A stretch of 64,000 bases of DNA, taken from NCBI GenBank assembly GCA_001791645.1, contig MGFA01000019.1, forward strand, positions 29,774 through 93,773, given 5' to 3'. The translations under genes were made by a program, and so were the position numbers. The DNA is from Candidatus Uhrbacteria bacterium RIFOXYB12_FULL_58_10. GTDB lineage: Bacteria; Patescibacteriota; Patescibacteriia; UBA9934; GWF2-40-263. The notes below the pieces were generated by a model. That model had not been told where the DNA came from, searched no databases, and was given only the letters and a program-made list of their open reading frames with translations. The number at the start of each line of letters is the position of its first letter. Positions within the stretch are counted from its first letter, which is position 1. Below, in pieces: positions 19,838 through 29,590 of the stretch.

Positions 19838-21064
19838 TCAGTTGACGGACGAGCCGTCGAGATACAGGTCCGAGGCGTCGGCGAGCGCGTCGTAGGCCGC
19901 CCGCGCGTCGAACGCGTCCTCGAGCCCGATCTGCTTGGCGTCCGCGAGGGCGCGAAGCAGATCGTCCAGAAAGCCGGAACGAGAAGGTTCCGCGAGCTGC
20001 GCGAGTGCGACCTCGTTGCAGGCTCGATCTGCGGCGGCCGCGTACTCGCGGCGCTCCTTGGCCTTGATCGGCCGCTTGAACCGCCGCACCATGCCCGCGG
20101 TGACGAGCATCTGTGCGATCTGGCGGTGGATGAGCAGCTTTCCGACCGAACGCCGCGCGGCCATGAGCAACGGGAGCGCGGCACGAAATCTCTCTCTGTC
20201 GTTGAGCGCGACGACGAACGCGTCGAGCTCATCGCGAAGCTGAGCGAGGAGCGGCATTTGCGCGTAAGGCGCCGCGGTGATGAGCGTGAGCTCGTCACTC
20301 GTCCGCGCCGCGCGCTCGGCCAGGCGCTTGGCCTGCGCGAGCTGAAGCGGACGCTTGCGGCCCGGCTTCCACCACCGCGTCATGGAGGCAAGCTCCACGT
20401 CGCAGTCATGGAGACACTTCCAGATGCTCGCGAGCAGCCGGACGATGGCAACCCGCGAGCGGCTGACGCGCTCATCGGCGTTGAGTGCGATACGAAGCTG
20501 CTTGTCAAGCTGCACCGCGGCGCCCCAGTTGGCCATCGCGGCCGCCATGGGGTTGCGCTGCCCCCGCTTGTCGCGCTCGAACTTCGCGCGCGTGGCGTCC
20601 GAGACGGCCCTGCGCTTTCGTTCGCCAGTACTTCCGGTGTTGCGCTCGATCAGGCGATCGAGCCTCCGGACCCGCCTGCGGACCAGCTCCGGGTCGGTGA
20701 GATCGTCGCTGTCGTGCACCGCGTCGAGCGCCCAACGCGCGTCGTTGCGGAACACGCGCAGATCCGGGATCGCTCCGTCGTAGTAGGTGTCGGCGTACAT
20801 CTCGCCGCGGTCGGCGTGCAGCACGCTTCTGTAGATGACGCCGACCGGAAGCGTCTCATGCGACCCTTGGGTCAGCACGATTGCCGCTCCTGGTGGCACG
20901 CTCTCATGCGCGCCCACGTGAGTGTATAGCACGCCTGGCTCGTTGACATCGACGTCGAGGCGCAGCACGCCGAGCTCGGTGGAGTAGAACAGCAGCGACG
21001 CGTGAGCGCGTCCGCGAACCGGACGGCCATCCGTCGCATACGTATGAGTCAGTGGGTTTTCCAA
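19838..21064 (-). CDS. Orphan helical protein (paralog B)
   Basis: TTG start with AAGGAGG RBS, TTGACA-17-TACAGT promoter, hairpin and T-run after the stop. Confidence 0.65.
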   Translation of the reverse strand: MENPLTHTYATDGRPVRGRAHASLLFYSTELGVLRLDVDVNEPGVLYTHVGAHESVPPGAAIVLTQGSHETLPVGVIYRSVLHADRGEMYADTYYDGAIPDLRVFRNDARWALDAVHDSDDLTDPELVRRRVRRLDRLIERNTGSTGERKRRAVSDATRAKFERDKRGQRNPMAAAMANWGAAVQLDKQLRIALNADERVSRSRVAIVRLLASIWKCLHDCDVELASMTRWWKPGRKRPLQLAQAKRLAERAARTSDELTLITAAPYAQMPLLAQLRDELDAFVVALNDRERFRAALPLLMAARRSVGKLLIHRQIAQMLVTAGMVRRFKRPIKAKERREYAAAADRACNEVALAQLAEPSRSGFLDDLLRALADAKQIGLEDAFDARAAYDALADASDLYLDGSSVN

Positions 21065-21114
21065 GGAACCTCCTTGCCCTTAGGCGCCCGGAACTGTACA
21101 CTTTTTCGACCGAT

Positions 21115-21594
21115 ATGTCAACCTTCCGACCAAACGCGGCAGTCATCGTGACCGATGGGAACGGGCGCGTCTTGTTGTGCGAGCGGGAGGATTTGCCCGG
21201 CGCCATCCAAACCGTGCAAGGCGGCATCGACGAGGGAGAAACGCCGGAGATGGCCGCGCGGCGCGAGCTGCACGAGGAGATCGGCCTGAGCCCGCCGCAC
21301 TACGAGTTCGTCGCGTCGCTCCCGAACCCCATGCGCTACGAATGGCCGCAGGAGCTCCTCGACAGATGGCGCGCGCAACCGGGCGACCGTTTTTCCGCGT
21401 ACGACGGACAAGAACAGTATTTTTTCCTCGCGCGCGTTTCCCCGGACGCGACGTTCAATCTCGACGCGCATGCCCGCGAATTCTCGCGCTGCTCGTGGGG
21501 CACGCCGCAACAGATGCTGGATGGCGCGTGGGAATACAAGCGGTCCGTTTTAAAATCCGCGCTGGAGCAATTCGGGCTCATCAAAGAAAAATAA
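21115..21594 (+). CDS. Nudix hydrolase, RppH/Ap4A-hydrolase-like
   Basis: RPNAAVIV, QGGIDEGETPEMAARRELHEEIG Nudix box, GQEQYFF. Confidence 0.88.
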   Translation: MSTFRPNAAVIVTDGNGRVLLCEREDLPGAIQTVQGGIDEGETPEMAARRELHEEIGLSPPHYEFVASLPNPMRYEWPQELLDRWRAQPGDRFSAYDGQEQYFFLARVSPDATFNLDAHAREFSRCSWGTPQQMLDGAWEYKRSVLKSALEQFGLIKEK

Positions 21595-21620
21595 CCGTCG
21601 GCGACGGTCAGTCTGAGAGG

Positions 21621-21851
21621 TCAGGGCCGGACGTTCCTCTGCGTCCACTGCTTCTTGCACAGCGGACAGAGAAATGCATGGACCATGAACCTCGAATCGT
21701 CCGGCTGTACTTCTTCCCTTTGCCCCAACCATTGCGCGTCCACGTGCGGGCAGGCGCGCTGCAATTCGCGCACGACCCCGGCGAGATCCGCTTCCAGGCG
21801 ATCTCGTCGTTCCACGAGTTCCTTTACTTCCTCCACATTCCACCTCCTCAT
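21621..21851 (-). CDS. Small coiled-coil plus CPH...CxxC putative Zn-binding protein
   Basis: 76 aa; TTGACA-17-TATAAG promoter upstream. Confidence 0.6.
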   Translation of the reverse strand: MRRWNVEEVKELVERRDRLEADLAGVVRELQRACPHVDAQWLGQREEVQPDDSRFMVHAFLCPLCKKQWTQRNVRP

Positions 21852-21958
21852 GGGTAGGTCCTTATACACCTTATATGAGGATTTGTCAACAACGCAACGC
21901 GCGGAACGGATCGTTGATAACGCGATGCTCCCCAAAGAAAAATGACCGTCTGGGACGG

Positions 21959-22993
21959 TCAGCTGGGCAGGTCGAGGTCGGCAAGCCTGCCCTCCAGGCA
22001 CGCGAGGAATTCGTTGAACTTGTCTTCTCGTCGCTGGCCGACGCGCGGTCCGTCCGGAAAATCGAGCAGTGCGCCGCCGGAACACTCCTTGGCGCCGGAG
22101 TTCGGACCGAACAAATGGACGAGAATCCTGGGAAGCGGGAGCGCGGGTTCCCTGGTACGCGCGGATACGCGCACGTGATCCCCGACCACGCCGAGCGCGA
22201 GCACGAGGCGCGCGTCCTCATGCCGAACGAGGATGTCCGCGGCGAAGGCGAGATACTCGCCCTCGGTCGGCTCGAGCGCACTCGGCGGGTGTGACAGAAG
22301 AATGTTGCCACGGTACATGGATCGGTGCGTGAGCAGTCTCTGCACGATGGTACACGCGCGTTCAGACATCGGGAACCGAGAGATGCGATGCACCAATTCC
22401 TGGTCGCCCGTGTCCATGAGCCACGCGTACGCATATCGGTCGATCGGACGGGTCCCGACGTAAGTCAGCCCGTCGGTATCCGTGTGGATGCCCATGGCAA
22501 GCAGGGTTGACACGTCACGCCCGAATGTGACGCCGAGACGCGCGCCAAGGCAGGCAACGAGCGAGGAGGCGGCGCCCACCGGCACGACGCAGTGGAACCT
22601 GTCCATCCGCACCTCGCGCGCGTCGCCGTGGTGGTCGATGACGATCGCTGGGTCGAGCGAGCGCTCTCCGAATCGCGCGTCGCTCGTCTTCGACGAGTCG
22701 ACGAGCGCCACCGGGAAGCCCGGATCGATTGCTTCGACCGGACAGATGCGTCCCGCAAGCCCGAACGCCTCCCAGAGCATGATCATCTGCGGATGGCCGA
22801 ATGAGCCGGCGTAAAAGATGCTGGCCTCGACTCCGAGGTGGCAAGCAATCGCCGCAAGCCCGAGCGCTGACCCAATGCCGTCCGGATCCACCTGCGCCAC
22901 CAGAATAACAAGGCGAGGCTGCTGACGGACGAGCATGGAAAACAGCAAGATCTCCTCGTCCTTGAACAAGGACAAGAATGCGCTTTGGAACAT
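21959..22993 (-). CDS. DHH-family phosphoesterase
   Basis: DPDGIGSA, LVD, IDHH, GIHTDT, VSAR motifs; own promoter TTGACA-17-TATTCT. Confidence 0.85.
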   Translation of the reverse strand: MFQSAFLSLFKDEEILLFSMLVRQQPRLVILVAQVDPDGIGSALGLAAIACHLGVEASIFYAGSFGHPQMIMLWEAFGLAGRICPVEAIDPGFPVALVDSSKTSDARFGERSLDPAIVIDHHGDAREVRMDRFHCVVPVGAASSLVACLGARLGVTFGRDVSTLLAMGIHTDTDGLTYVGTRPIDRYAYAWLMDTGDQELVHRISRFPMSERACTIVQRLLTHRSMYRGNILLSHPPSALEPTEGEYLAFAADILVRHEDARLVLALGVVGDHVRVSARTREPALPLPRILVHLFGPNSGAKECSGGALLDFPDGPRVGQRREDKFNEFLACLEGRLADLDLPS

Positions 22994-23099
22994 GTCCCTT
23001 CCGTGTTTGAGAAAGTTGTCATCACGTCCGAGGGTCGGACGAGCATTGAGAATAGATCAAATCCGATGGCGTGTCAATCCATGAAACGAATAAAAGACC

Positions 23100-24746
23100 C
23101 TACCAGCTTCCACCGCCCCCGCCGCCAAATCCGCCGCCCGAGGAACCGCCGCCGGAATCACCGCCGCCTGACGAGCGAGGAGCCGACACCTCGCCGAACG
23201 CGGAACCTATCGACTTCATGCGATCGGCGAAGTCTGCCGTACCAAGGTTCGAACCGGCCCCGACGTAGTACCATTCCCAGTCGGAAGAAATCTGCGGGGC
23301 AAGCGCCTTCGTCCATGTTCGCGCGACGCCAAACGACATCGCGTACGGCAAAAACGCCTCGAAGATACCTTCCTTTTCCTGCCAATGAATTCGATACTTC
23401 TCGGCGCGCGACAGGTATTCCTTGAAGCCGCGCGCGTGATCGTATGCCTCCTGGCCCTTTTCCGTGCGCTTCGGCATCGCGAGCGCCATGAGCATCAATA
23501 TGATCCCGACCGGAAACGTCACCCACGCGAACCAACCGATAAACATGGACCCGATGGCAAAAACAAGACCGGCAATCAGATAGTTCCTGCGCGTCTGTTC
23601 GGGATTCCGTACGAAATATCCGTCCCATGCCATGGTCGAATACACGATGCTCGAAACCATTTTTCGTGCCGCGACGAACCGTTTTGCATCGTCCTTTGTC
23701 GACACTTCTTCCTTTTCGCCGAAAAGCGTATCCATCAATTCCGCCTCAAACGGCTTCAGTCCATCCACGCTCTCCCGAACGCGCGTAAGCGTAAACTTTT
23801 TCCCGCCGTGGTCGGTCATCTTCAAATATCCGCGGACGGCCAGGTGCACGATCGCCGCCGAAAAATCCTTGCCGTCGAGCCGCGCGTTCATGAGCGTTCC
23901 CATTTCGGTCGGAGTCATTCCGGCCGGCGGTTCGTATTGGGCAACGATTGTTCCGCGGCCCTTTGGATCCCGACCATATTTCCACCAATGTCGGATGGCC
24001 CAAAAGAGAGTAACTGGTGGAATCGCAAGCAAGAAGAGCCTCCAGTTGTCCGACAACCACCATCCAATTCTGATCCATGTGGTCGGCTCGGGAACGATCC
24101 CTTTCGGAAAGGAAACCGAAATCGTCAAAAAGTCATTGGCCGAAAACGAAACGGATCCGTCATCAATTTGCGCCGCACAATCCCGTGCGATCGAGCCACG
24201 CGATCCGGTATAACACGCGGCAGCCAGCGCATTCGCCGGAACGCCGGCCATGAGCACGATCGCTCCGACGGACGGAAGGCGTTCATCCCATTGGGTTCCG
24301 GAAACGTTCCAATACAATTCGTCCGATGTCTCGCCGTACAAGATGGCCCTCTCGACGCTATAGTTAATTTGATAGGTAAACGGGCCGGAAAACGTCAGGT
24401 CTGGATCGCCGATCTTGATGACCAAATAATCCCCGTCATGATACGTCGTATAATGCACTGGTTCTCGGTCGCGCGCGACTTCCAGGACATCAACCGAAAT
24501 TCTTTGCGTCAATCCGTAGGGCCCATGGTAACGAAGCGGGATCGAACGAAAAATGCCATGTCTTTCGGATGCGAACGATCCCGTCATCGTCTCGCTCACG
24601 ACGAACGCGCCGTCTGGGAGCAGCTCAATCGTGGAATCAAAGGAGCTATACGTGCCCGCATAGGCCGGTCCGGCCGCCAGGAAGCACAGGATGCTAGCGC
24701 AAGTAGCGACTTTTATTCGCCACGTGTTCCTCGAACGTCGAAGCAT
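23100..24746 (-). CDS. DUF2207 membrane protein
   Basis: HGIFRSIP, IKIGD, ELYWNV, YEPP, LPYAMSFG, Gly-rich GGGFGGGGGGSW end. Confidence 0.9.
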   Translation of the reverse strand: MLRRSRNTWRIKVATCASILCFLAAGPAYAGTYSSFDSTIELLPDGAFVVSETMTGSFASERHGIFRSIPLRYHGPYGLTQRISVDVLEVARDREPVHYTTYHDGDYLVIKIGDPDLTFSGPFTYQINYSVERAILYGETSDELYWNVSGTQWDERLPSVGAIVLMAGVPANALAAACYTGSRGSIARDCAAQIDDGSVSFSANDFLTISVSFPKGIVPEPTTWIRIGWWLSDNWRLFLLAIPPVTLFWAIRHWWKYGRDPKGRGTIVAQYEPPAGMTPTEMGTLMNARLDGKDFSAAIVHLAVRGYLKMTDHGGKKFTLTRVRESVDGLKPFEAELMDTLFGEKEEVSTKDDAKRFVAARKMVSSIVYSTMAWDGYFVRNPEQTRRNYLIAGLVFAIGSMFIGWFAWVTFPVGIILMLMALAMPKRTEKGQEAYDHARGFKEYLSRAEKYRIHWQEKEGIFEAFLPYAMSFGVARTWTKALAPQISSDWEWYYVGAGSNLGTADFADRMKSIGSAFGEVSAPRSSGGGDSGGGSSGGGFGGGGGGSW

Positions 24747-25719
24747 AGATGACCGTCCCGTCGGACGCGGTGAGGAAATAAAGATACGGGTTGTCGATCG
24801 GACGAAGCACGGCGTCGATGGCGTTGAGACCTGGGTTCGAAATAGGCCCCGGCGGAAGGCCGGCGCGCGTGTACGTGTTGAACGGCTCGTCCGAGCGGAG
24901 ATCATCGGTCGTCAATTCCGCGGAAGTTTTGCCAAGATAATATGAAATCGTCGAGTCGGCCTGCAGGGGCATTCCTATTTTCAGGCGCGACAAGAAAATG
25001 TCCGCCACGTACTTCATGTCCTCCGAACCGCGCACCTCGCGCTCGACGATAGACGCAAGGGTAAGCACTTCATGCGCGCCGAATTCCGACGCAAGCACGT
25101 ACCCATCGCCCGCGCCAAGTGATTCCGTTAGCCTCGACTCCATTGTCTCAACCATCCTGAGAACCACGTCCTCCGCGCTCGCGTCCGAAAAAAACCGATA
25201 AGTGTCCGGGAAGAGATATCCCTCAAGGTCCACAGTCGCCGGCTTGGACTGGGCGAGAAAGAAACTCTTCCCGATGACCGGCGACCATGCGCCGGCCGCG
25301 ACATTCCATTCGTTCTCGGTGATTCGCGGAAGCGCCTCGCGTACTCGTTCGCCAGTTTGCTTGAGCGTGAACCCCTCCGGAATCGTAATTTGAACCTCAT
25401 TGGCGTCCGATCTTGAAAGCGTCGAGACGATCGACGCGTAGCTCATGCCAGGACGCAACTCGAACGTGCCGGGCTTCAGATCCGTCCCCGTCCCGGAAAA
25501 TCGAAGATACGCGCGAAACATCCAGGTCCCATCGATGAGACCGGCCTCCTCCAGCTTCTGCGCCACGCCAAAGCCGCGGTCTCCCTCCGCGATCGTGAAC
25601 GAAACGGTCGGGGCGTCCGCATCCGGCGAGACGGCATATGAATCAAACACATACGACCCGGACAACGCGACGCCCACCAGCAACGTCACTCCAACCAGGA
25701 TGGCAAAAAATCGAATCAT
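24694..25719 (-). CDS. mltG: Endolytic transglycosylase MltG
   Basis: TIPEG, LEGYLFPDTY, LASIVERE, LQAD, GLPPGPISNPG, YLYF. Confidence 0.94.
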   Translation of the reverse strand: MIRFFAILVGVTLLVGVALSGSYVFDSYAVSPDADAPTVSFTIAEGDRGFGVAQKLEEAGLIDGTWMFRAYLRFSGTGTDLKPGTFELRPGMSYASIVSTLSRSDANEVQITIPEGFTLKQTGERVREALPRITENEWNVAAGAWSPVIGKSFFLAQSKPATVDLEGYLFPDTYRFFSDASAEDVVLRMVETMESRLTESLGAGDGYVLASEFGAHEVLTLASIVEREVRGSEDMKYVADIFLSRLKIGMPLQADSTISYYLGKTSAELTTDDLRSDEPFNTYTRAGLPPGPISNPGLNAIDAVLRPIDNPYLYFLTASDGTVIYASTFEEHVANKSRYLR

Positions 25720-25723
25720 AAGA

Positions 25724-26230
25724 CTATTTTCCGTGACATTCGACATACCTCACACCGGACCCGCAAAAACAATCGCGCGCATCGCGATCCTCCGCCGTCA
25801 ACCAGGAACTCGACTGCACCTTTCCGCCGCGCCCGACACCATAGACAATCTCTATGCCAAGCTCGGCGCACAGCCTTGCCTCTGGATTCTGGGACGAGTC
25901 TGGGTCAAGCGCATCCTTCAAATCACGATCTCCTCCCTGCGCAAAAATATCCGGGTGAATTTCTCGGAGCTCCCGACACACGCTCCGGTCCTCAAAGCCC
26001 GGCTCATGCGCGGTAAACACGACGCGCGTCACGCCCGTGATTGCCTCAATGATCTCACGACGCTGATCCTGCGGCATAAAAACATGCCCTTTTTTCCTTC
26101 GAAGCCAATGATCATTGTTGATGATCACGACAAGCTCGTCGCCAAGCGCGGCCGCCTCCTGGATCATTCGAACGTGGCCGACATGAATCGGATCAAACCC
26201 TCCCGAAACGCAGACGATCTTATTTTTCAT
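25724..26230 (-). CDS. HIGH-family cytidylyl/adenylyltransferase with C-terminal SEC-C-like motif
   Basis: SGGFDPIHVGH, GGDR, KVQSSS; ends DCFCGSGVRYVECHGK. Confidence 0.85.
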   Translation of the reverse strand: MKNKIVCVSGGFDPIHVGHVRMIQEAAALGDELVVIINNDHWLRRKKGHVFMPQDQRREIIEAITGVTRVVFTAHEPGFEDRSVCRELREIHPDIFAQGGDRDLKDALDPDSSQNPEARLCAELGIEIVYGVGRGGKVQSSSWLTAEDRDARDCFCGSGVRYVECHGK

Positions 26231-26238
26231 AAAGGACC

Positions 26239-26748
26239 CTATAAATATCGAATCACGAAAGACGTGACCGCGATGCCGACCACGGCTCCGGCAAGAACGT
26301 CGGTGAAGTAATGGACGCGCATTGCAACCCGACCGACGGACACCAGTATGGCAAGGCAAAAGGCGATCCAAAACAGCAGCGTATCTTGCAGCGCGTGCGT
26401 CGCAGTGACAAGCGCAAACGCGATCGTCGCATGGCCGGACGGAAACGATGGCGGAACCCACAGCATCTCGACCGCAAGCCGGCGCCCCTGCTCCTGAAAC
26501 GGGCGGCGGCGTCGGAATGCGTACTCAAGCACGAGCGTCACGAACCAGGAAAGAAAAATCCCGAAAATCAGACGCAAAACGAAGCTGTCCACCATGGCCT
26601 TGGAGAGATAGTAAACGACCAATCCGAATCCGCCGGCCATAAACCAGATGAGCTGGGAGGCGCACATGTCCCCGATCTTTCGCAAGACCGCGTTGCGTTG
26701 CACGACGTCGGCGATGCGCTTTGAGAAGCGCGCGTCCAGAGTGATCAT
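26239..26748 (-). CDS. PAP2 phosphatase (undecaprenyl-diphosphatase-like)
   Basis: RRRP, SFPSGH, GRVAMRVHYFTD. Confidence 0.88.
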   Translation of the reverse strand: MITLDARFSKRIADVVQRNAVLRKIGDMCASQLIWFMAGGFGLVVYYLSKAMVDSFVLRLIFGIFLSWFVTLVLEYAFRRRRPFQEQGRRLAVEMLWVPPSFPSGHATIAFALVTATHALQDTLLFWIAFCLAILVSVGRVAMRVHYFTDVLAGAVVGIAVTSFVIRYL

Positions 26749-26824
26749 ACGAACATTGGTAGTTGCTAAAATTTATACTCACGGCCTGCAATCTTCACGC
26801 GGATCGCGGCACAATTCTCTTACA

Positions 26825-27418
26825 CTAACATATCACGCCCGCATCCACGAGCGCTTGAAAATGCTCCGGCCGTTCGCGCCGGATAAACTCAACTACCTTT
26901 CCACGAATGGCGTCCGCGGACAGACCGTGCGCCATCGCGTACGCATCCACGCGCGCGGAGGCCGCGTCCGCGTCCTTTTCATCCTCGACCATGATTTCGA
27001 TTTCCGCGAGCGCGTATCCGAAATCCGCGACGTCCAGATCAATGCAAAATTCATGATCGCGATATTTGCGTCGGGTCGTGACGATGCGCGCGCACGGCAC
27101 ATATCCCGCGGTTCGCAAAACGTCTTCGAACGGCCCGTCGCCGTCAAGGCCGATCGCCATTCGAATTTTCTCTTCCGTTTCCAATTCTCGATACTGCGTT
27201 ACCCCACGCAATATGCCCGGACTTATCGCATGAAGCGCGATCTTGATTTCCCAACGACCATTCCGCCTTCGCAGCCACCAATCCTTGCGAGTCAATGAAA
27301 AATTGGTCGTATCCCAATATTCGTCATCCTGTCTGACTTCCTTTACGAATTCGGCATCGACAACCAGGCGTTCTTCATCTCCGGGTTGCAACGCGAATTT
27401 TTTTTCGATCTCAATCAT
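26825..27418 (-). CDS. CYTH-domain (triphosphate tunnel) protein
   Basis: EIEKKF, D.YWD, WLRRR, EIE motifs. Confidence 0.85.
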   Translation of the reverse strand: MIEIEKKFALQPGDEERLVVDAEFVKEVRQDDEYWDTTNFSLTRKDWWLRRRNGRWEIKIALHAISPGILRGVTQYRELETEEKIRMAIGLDGDGPFEDVLRTAGYVPCARIVTTRRKYRDHEFCIDLDVADFGYALAEIEIMVEDEKDADAASARVDAYAMAHGLSADAIRGKVVEFIRRERPEHFQALVDAGVIC

Positions 27419-29001
27419 AACAGCGATGCACCCGTCATTTCCGACGGCTGAGGGATGTTCATCACGGCCAAAATCGTTGGCGCGACATCCGCGAGCATAC
27501 CAATGGGCGAGAGCAATGAGAGGTCGCCGTCTGGAACTTCCCCGGAGGCGGACGGCTTTCCCTCAAACTCCTTCCCTACGATCACGAACGGTACCGGATT
27601 CGTCGCATGTTCCTTATCGATGTCGCCGGTGCGAAGATTCTTCAGTTCCTCGGCGTTTCCGTGGTCAGCGGTGATGAACGCAACCCCGCCGGCCGCGAGC
27701 GTGGCATCGACTACGCGCCCGACGCACGCGTCAACGGTTTCCACGGCCTCGATCGTGGCATCTAACACTCCGGTGTGCCCGACCATATCCGGATTCGCAT
27801 AGTTCAAAACGATGAAGTCATGGCCCCCTCCCTGAATCTCCCTCACGACTCGGTCGGTAATTTCGTTGGCGCTCATTGCCGGCGCCTGGTCATATGACGC
27901 GACTTGCGGAGACGGAATAATCACGCGGTCTTCGCCGGGAAACGGATTCTCATAGGTGCCATTTAGAAAAAAAGTCACGTGCGCGTACTTTTCAGTCTCG
28001 GCGATATGAAGCTGGGTGAGCCCGTTGTCAGAAATCACCTTGGCAAGGCAGTTCGCAACCTTCTCCGCCGGGTATGCGACCTCAACGGGAAGGCCCGCCT
28101 CGTACTCCGCCATGGTGACGAACAACAGGTCGTTTACCTTCTGGCGCGGAAACCTGCCGAAGTCCGGCAACACGAACGCCTTGGTGAGCTCGCGCGCCCG
28201 GTCCGGACGAAAATTGAAAAAAATCGCGGCGTCACCGTCCTTCACGGTCGCGACCGGCGCGCCATTTTCTTCGATGACCGTCGGGGGAAACTGCTCGTCG
28301 TACACCTCCTTCGCGTAACTGGCCCTCAGGGCCCCAATGGCATCGGCGGCTTTTTCTCCATCGCCCCTTGCCATCGCGTTGTATGCCTTTTCCACGCGGT
28401 CCCACCGGTTATCGCGATCCATGGCAAAATACCGTCCGCTCATGGACGCGATTTTTCCAACGCCGAGCTCCGTCATCTTCTCCTGAAGCGTCGTGATGAA
28501 ATCGATTCCCGCGTTGTAGATGGTGTCGCGCCCATCAAGAACCGCGTGCACGAATACCTTCGTAATCCCCTGGTCCTTGGCGAGCCTCAGAAGGGCGTGG
28601 CAGTGTTCGTCCATGGCATGCACGCGTCCGGCGCTCACGAGCCCGATGAGGTGAAGCGCGGAATCATTTTTCTTCACGTGCTCGACCGCCCTGAGAAAAG
28701 CCGGGTTCTTGAAGAAATCAGCCGTCGCGATGTCACGGTTGATGCGCGGGAACAACTGGTAGTAGACGCGCCCAGCGCCAATGGCAAGGTGTCCGACCTC
28801 GGAATTACCCATTTCGCCCCAGGACAAGCCGACCTCCTCGCCAGAGGCACGCAGCGTCATCGTTGGATAGGCACGGATGAGTTCCTTCCATCTGGGCGTT
28901 TCTGCGTGCGTGATGGCATTTCCCTCGGAATCCGGCGCCACGCCGAATCCGTCAATAATCAGCAGGACGGCCGGACGCGGTCGATATTTTTTTTCGTCCA
29001 T
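27415..29001 (-). CDS. gpmI: 2,3-BPG-independent phosphoglycerate mutase
   Basis: GNSEVGH, DGRD, GRYFAMDRD, NFRPDR, ETEKYAHVT, DMVGHTG, TADHGN. Confidence 0.97.
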   Translation of the reverse strand: MDEKKYRPRPAVLLIIDGFGVAPDSEGNAITHAETPRWKELIRAYPTMTLRASGEEVGLSWGEMGNSEVGHLAIGAGRVYYQLFPRINRDIATADFFKNPAFLRAVEHVKKNDSALHLIGLVSAGRVHAMDEHCHALLRLAKDQGITKVFVHAVLDGRDTIYNAGIDFITTLQEKMTELGVGKIASMSGRYFAMDRDNRWDRVEKAYNAMARGDGEKAADAIGALRASYAKEVYDEQFPPTVIEENGAPVATVKDGDAAIFFNFRPDRARELTKAFVLPDFGRFPRQKVNDLLFVTMAEYEAGLPVEVAYPAEKVANCLAKVISDNGLTQLHIAETEKYAHVTFFLNGTYENPFPGEDRVIIPSPQVASYDQAPAMSANEITDRVVREIQGGGHDFIVLNYANPDMVGHTGVLDATIEAVETVDACVGRVVDATLAAGGVAFITADHGNAEELKNLRTGDIDKEHATNPVPFVIVGKEFEGKPSASGEVPDGDLSLLSPIGMLADVAPTILAVMNIPQPSEMTGASLL

Positions 29002-29054
29002 AGTGTCGCCATTGTAAGGCATCGGGAGAAAAGAAAAAAGGCGGGAAGAACCGC

Positions 29055-29522
29055 CTACGAAGGGAGGGCCACGATGGCCTGTTCGGCTCGAACGTCGCCG
29101 GGAACGATATCGAGCACGCGATTGAGCGCGGACCGGGCCTCGTCATGGCGCCCAAGCGCGACCAGGCAGAGACCGACGTTGTAGTGCGCGCGATAGTCGC
29201 GACTGTCACGGCGCACCATGCCGTTGAACACGTCGAGGGCACCCGCGTGATCTCCACGCGCCTGGCGCACCTTGCCAAGACACATCCACGCGGCCATTTC
29301 GTGCGAGGACGTCGAGTTTCCGACCCGTTCCTCCACGATCCGTGACACCAGATCGGCATCTACGTTGAGCAGCGGCTTGGCCGTGCGCCAGCAAGGCCTG
29401 GCCGCGAGCCTGGACCAGGGATCCATGGTACGAAGGTAAACGTCTGGGTGCAGCTCACGCAACAGAAACAGGTCGACGGCGCTTACAAGCGTCACGTCGG
29501 GAATCGATGACCCACGTCGCAT
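29055..29522 (-). CDS. TPR-repeat protein
   Basis: Two TPR-like repeats (AWMCLGKV, AHYNVGLCLVALGRHDEA); GGAGGA RBS, own promoter and terminator. Confidence 0.7.
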   Translation of the reverse strand: MRRGSSIPDVTLVSAVDLFLLRELHPDVYLRTMDPWSRLAARPCWRTAKPLLNVDADLVSRIVEERVGNSTSSHEMAAWMCLGKVRQARGDHAGALDVFNGMVRRDSRDYRAHYNVGLCLVALGRHDEARSALNRVLDIVPGDVRAEQAIVALPS

Positions 29523-29590
29523 CGACAGTTCCTCCATGGCCGCGAATCAAAACGCGGCAGGGCGCAATCCTACCGCGATCATGCGGGATG

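Noticed and set aside
18863-20929. 688-aa + strand ORF and similar long overlapping ORFs (e.g. 45479-47212, 48082-49473, 35751-37289)
   Set aside because: Low-complexity or shadow translations expected at high GC, opposite well-supported genes
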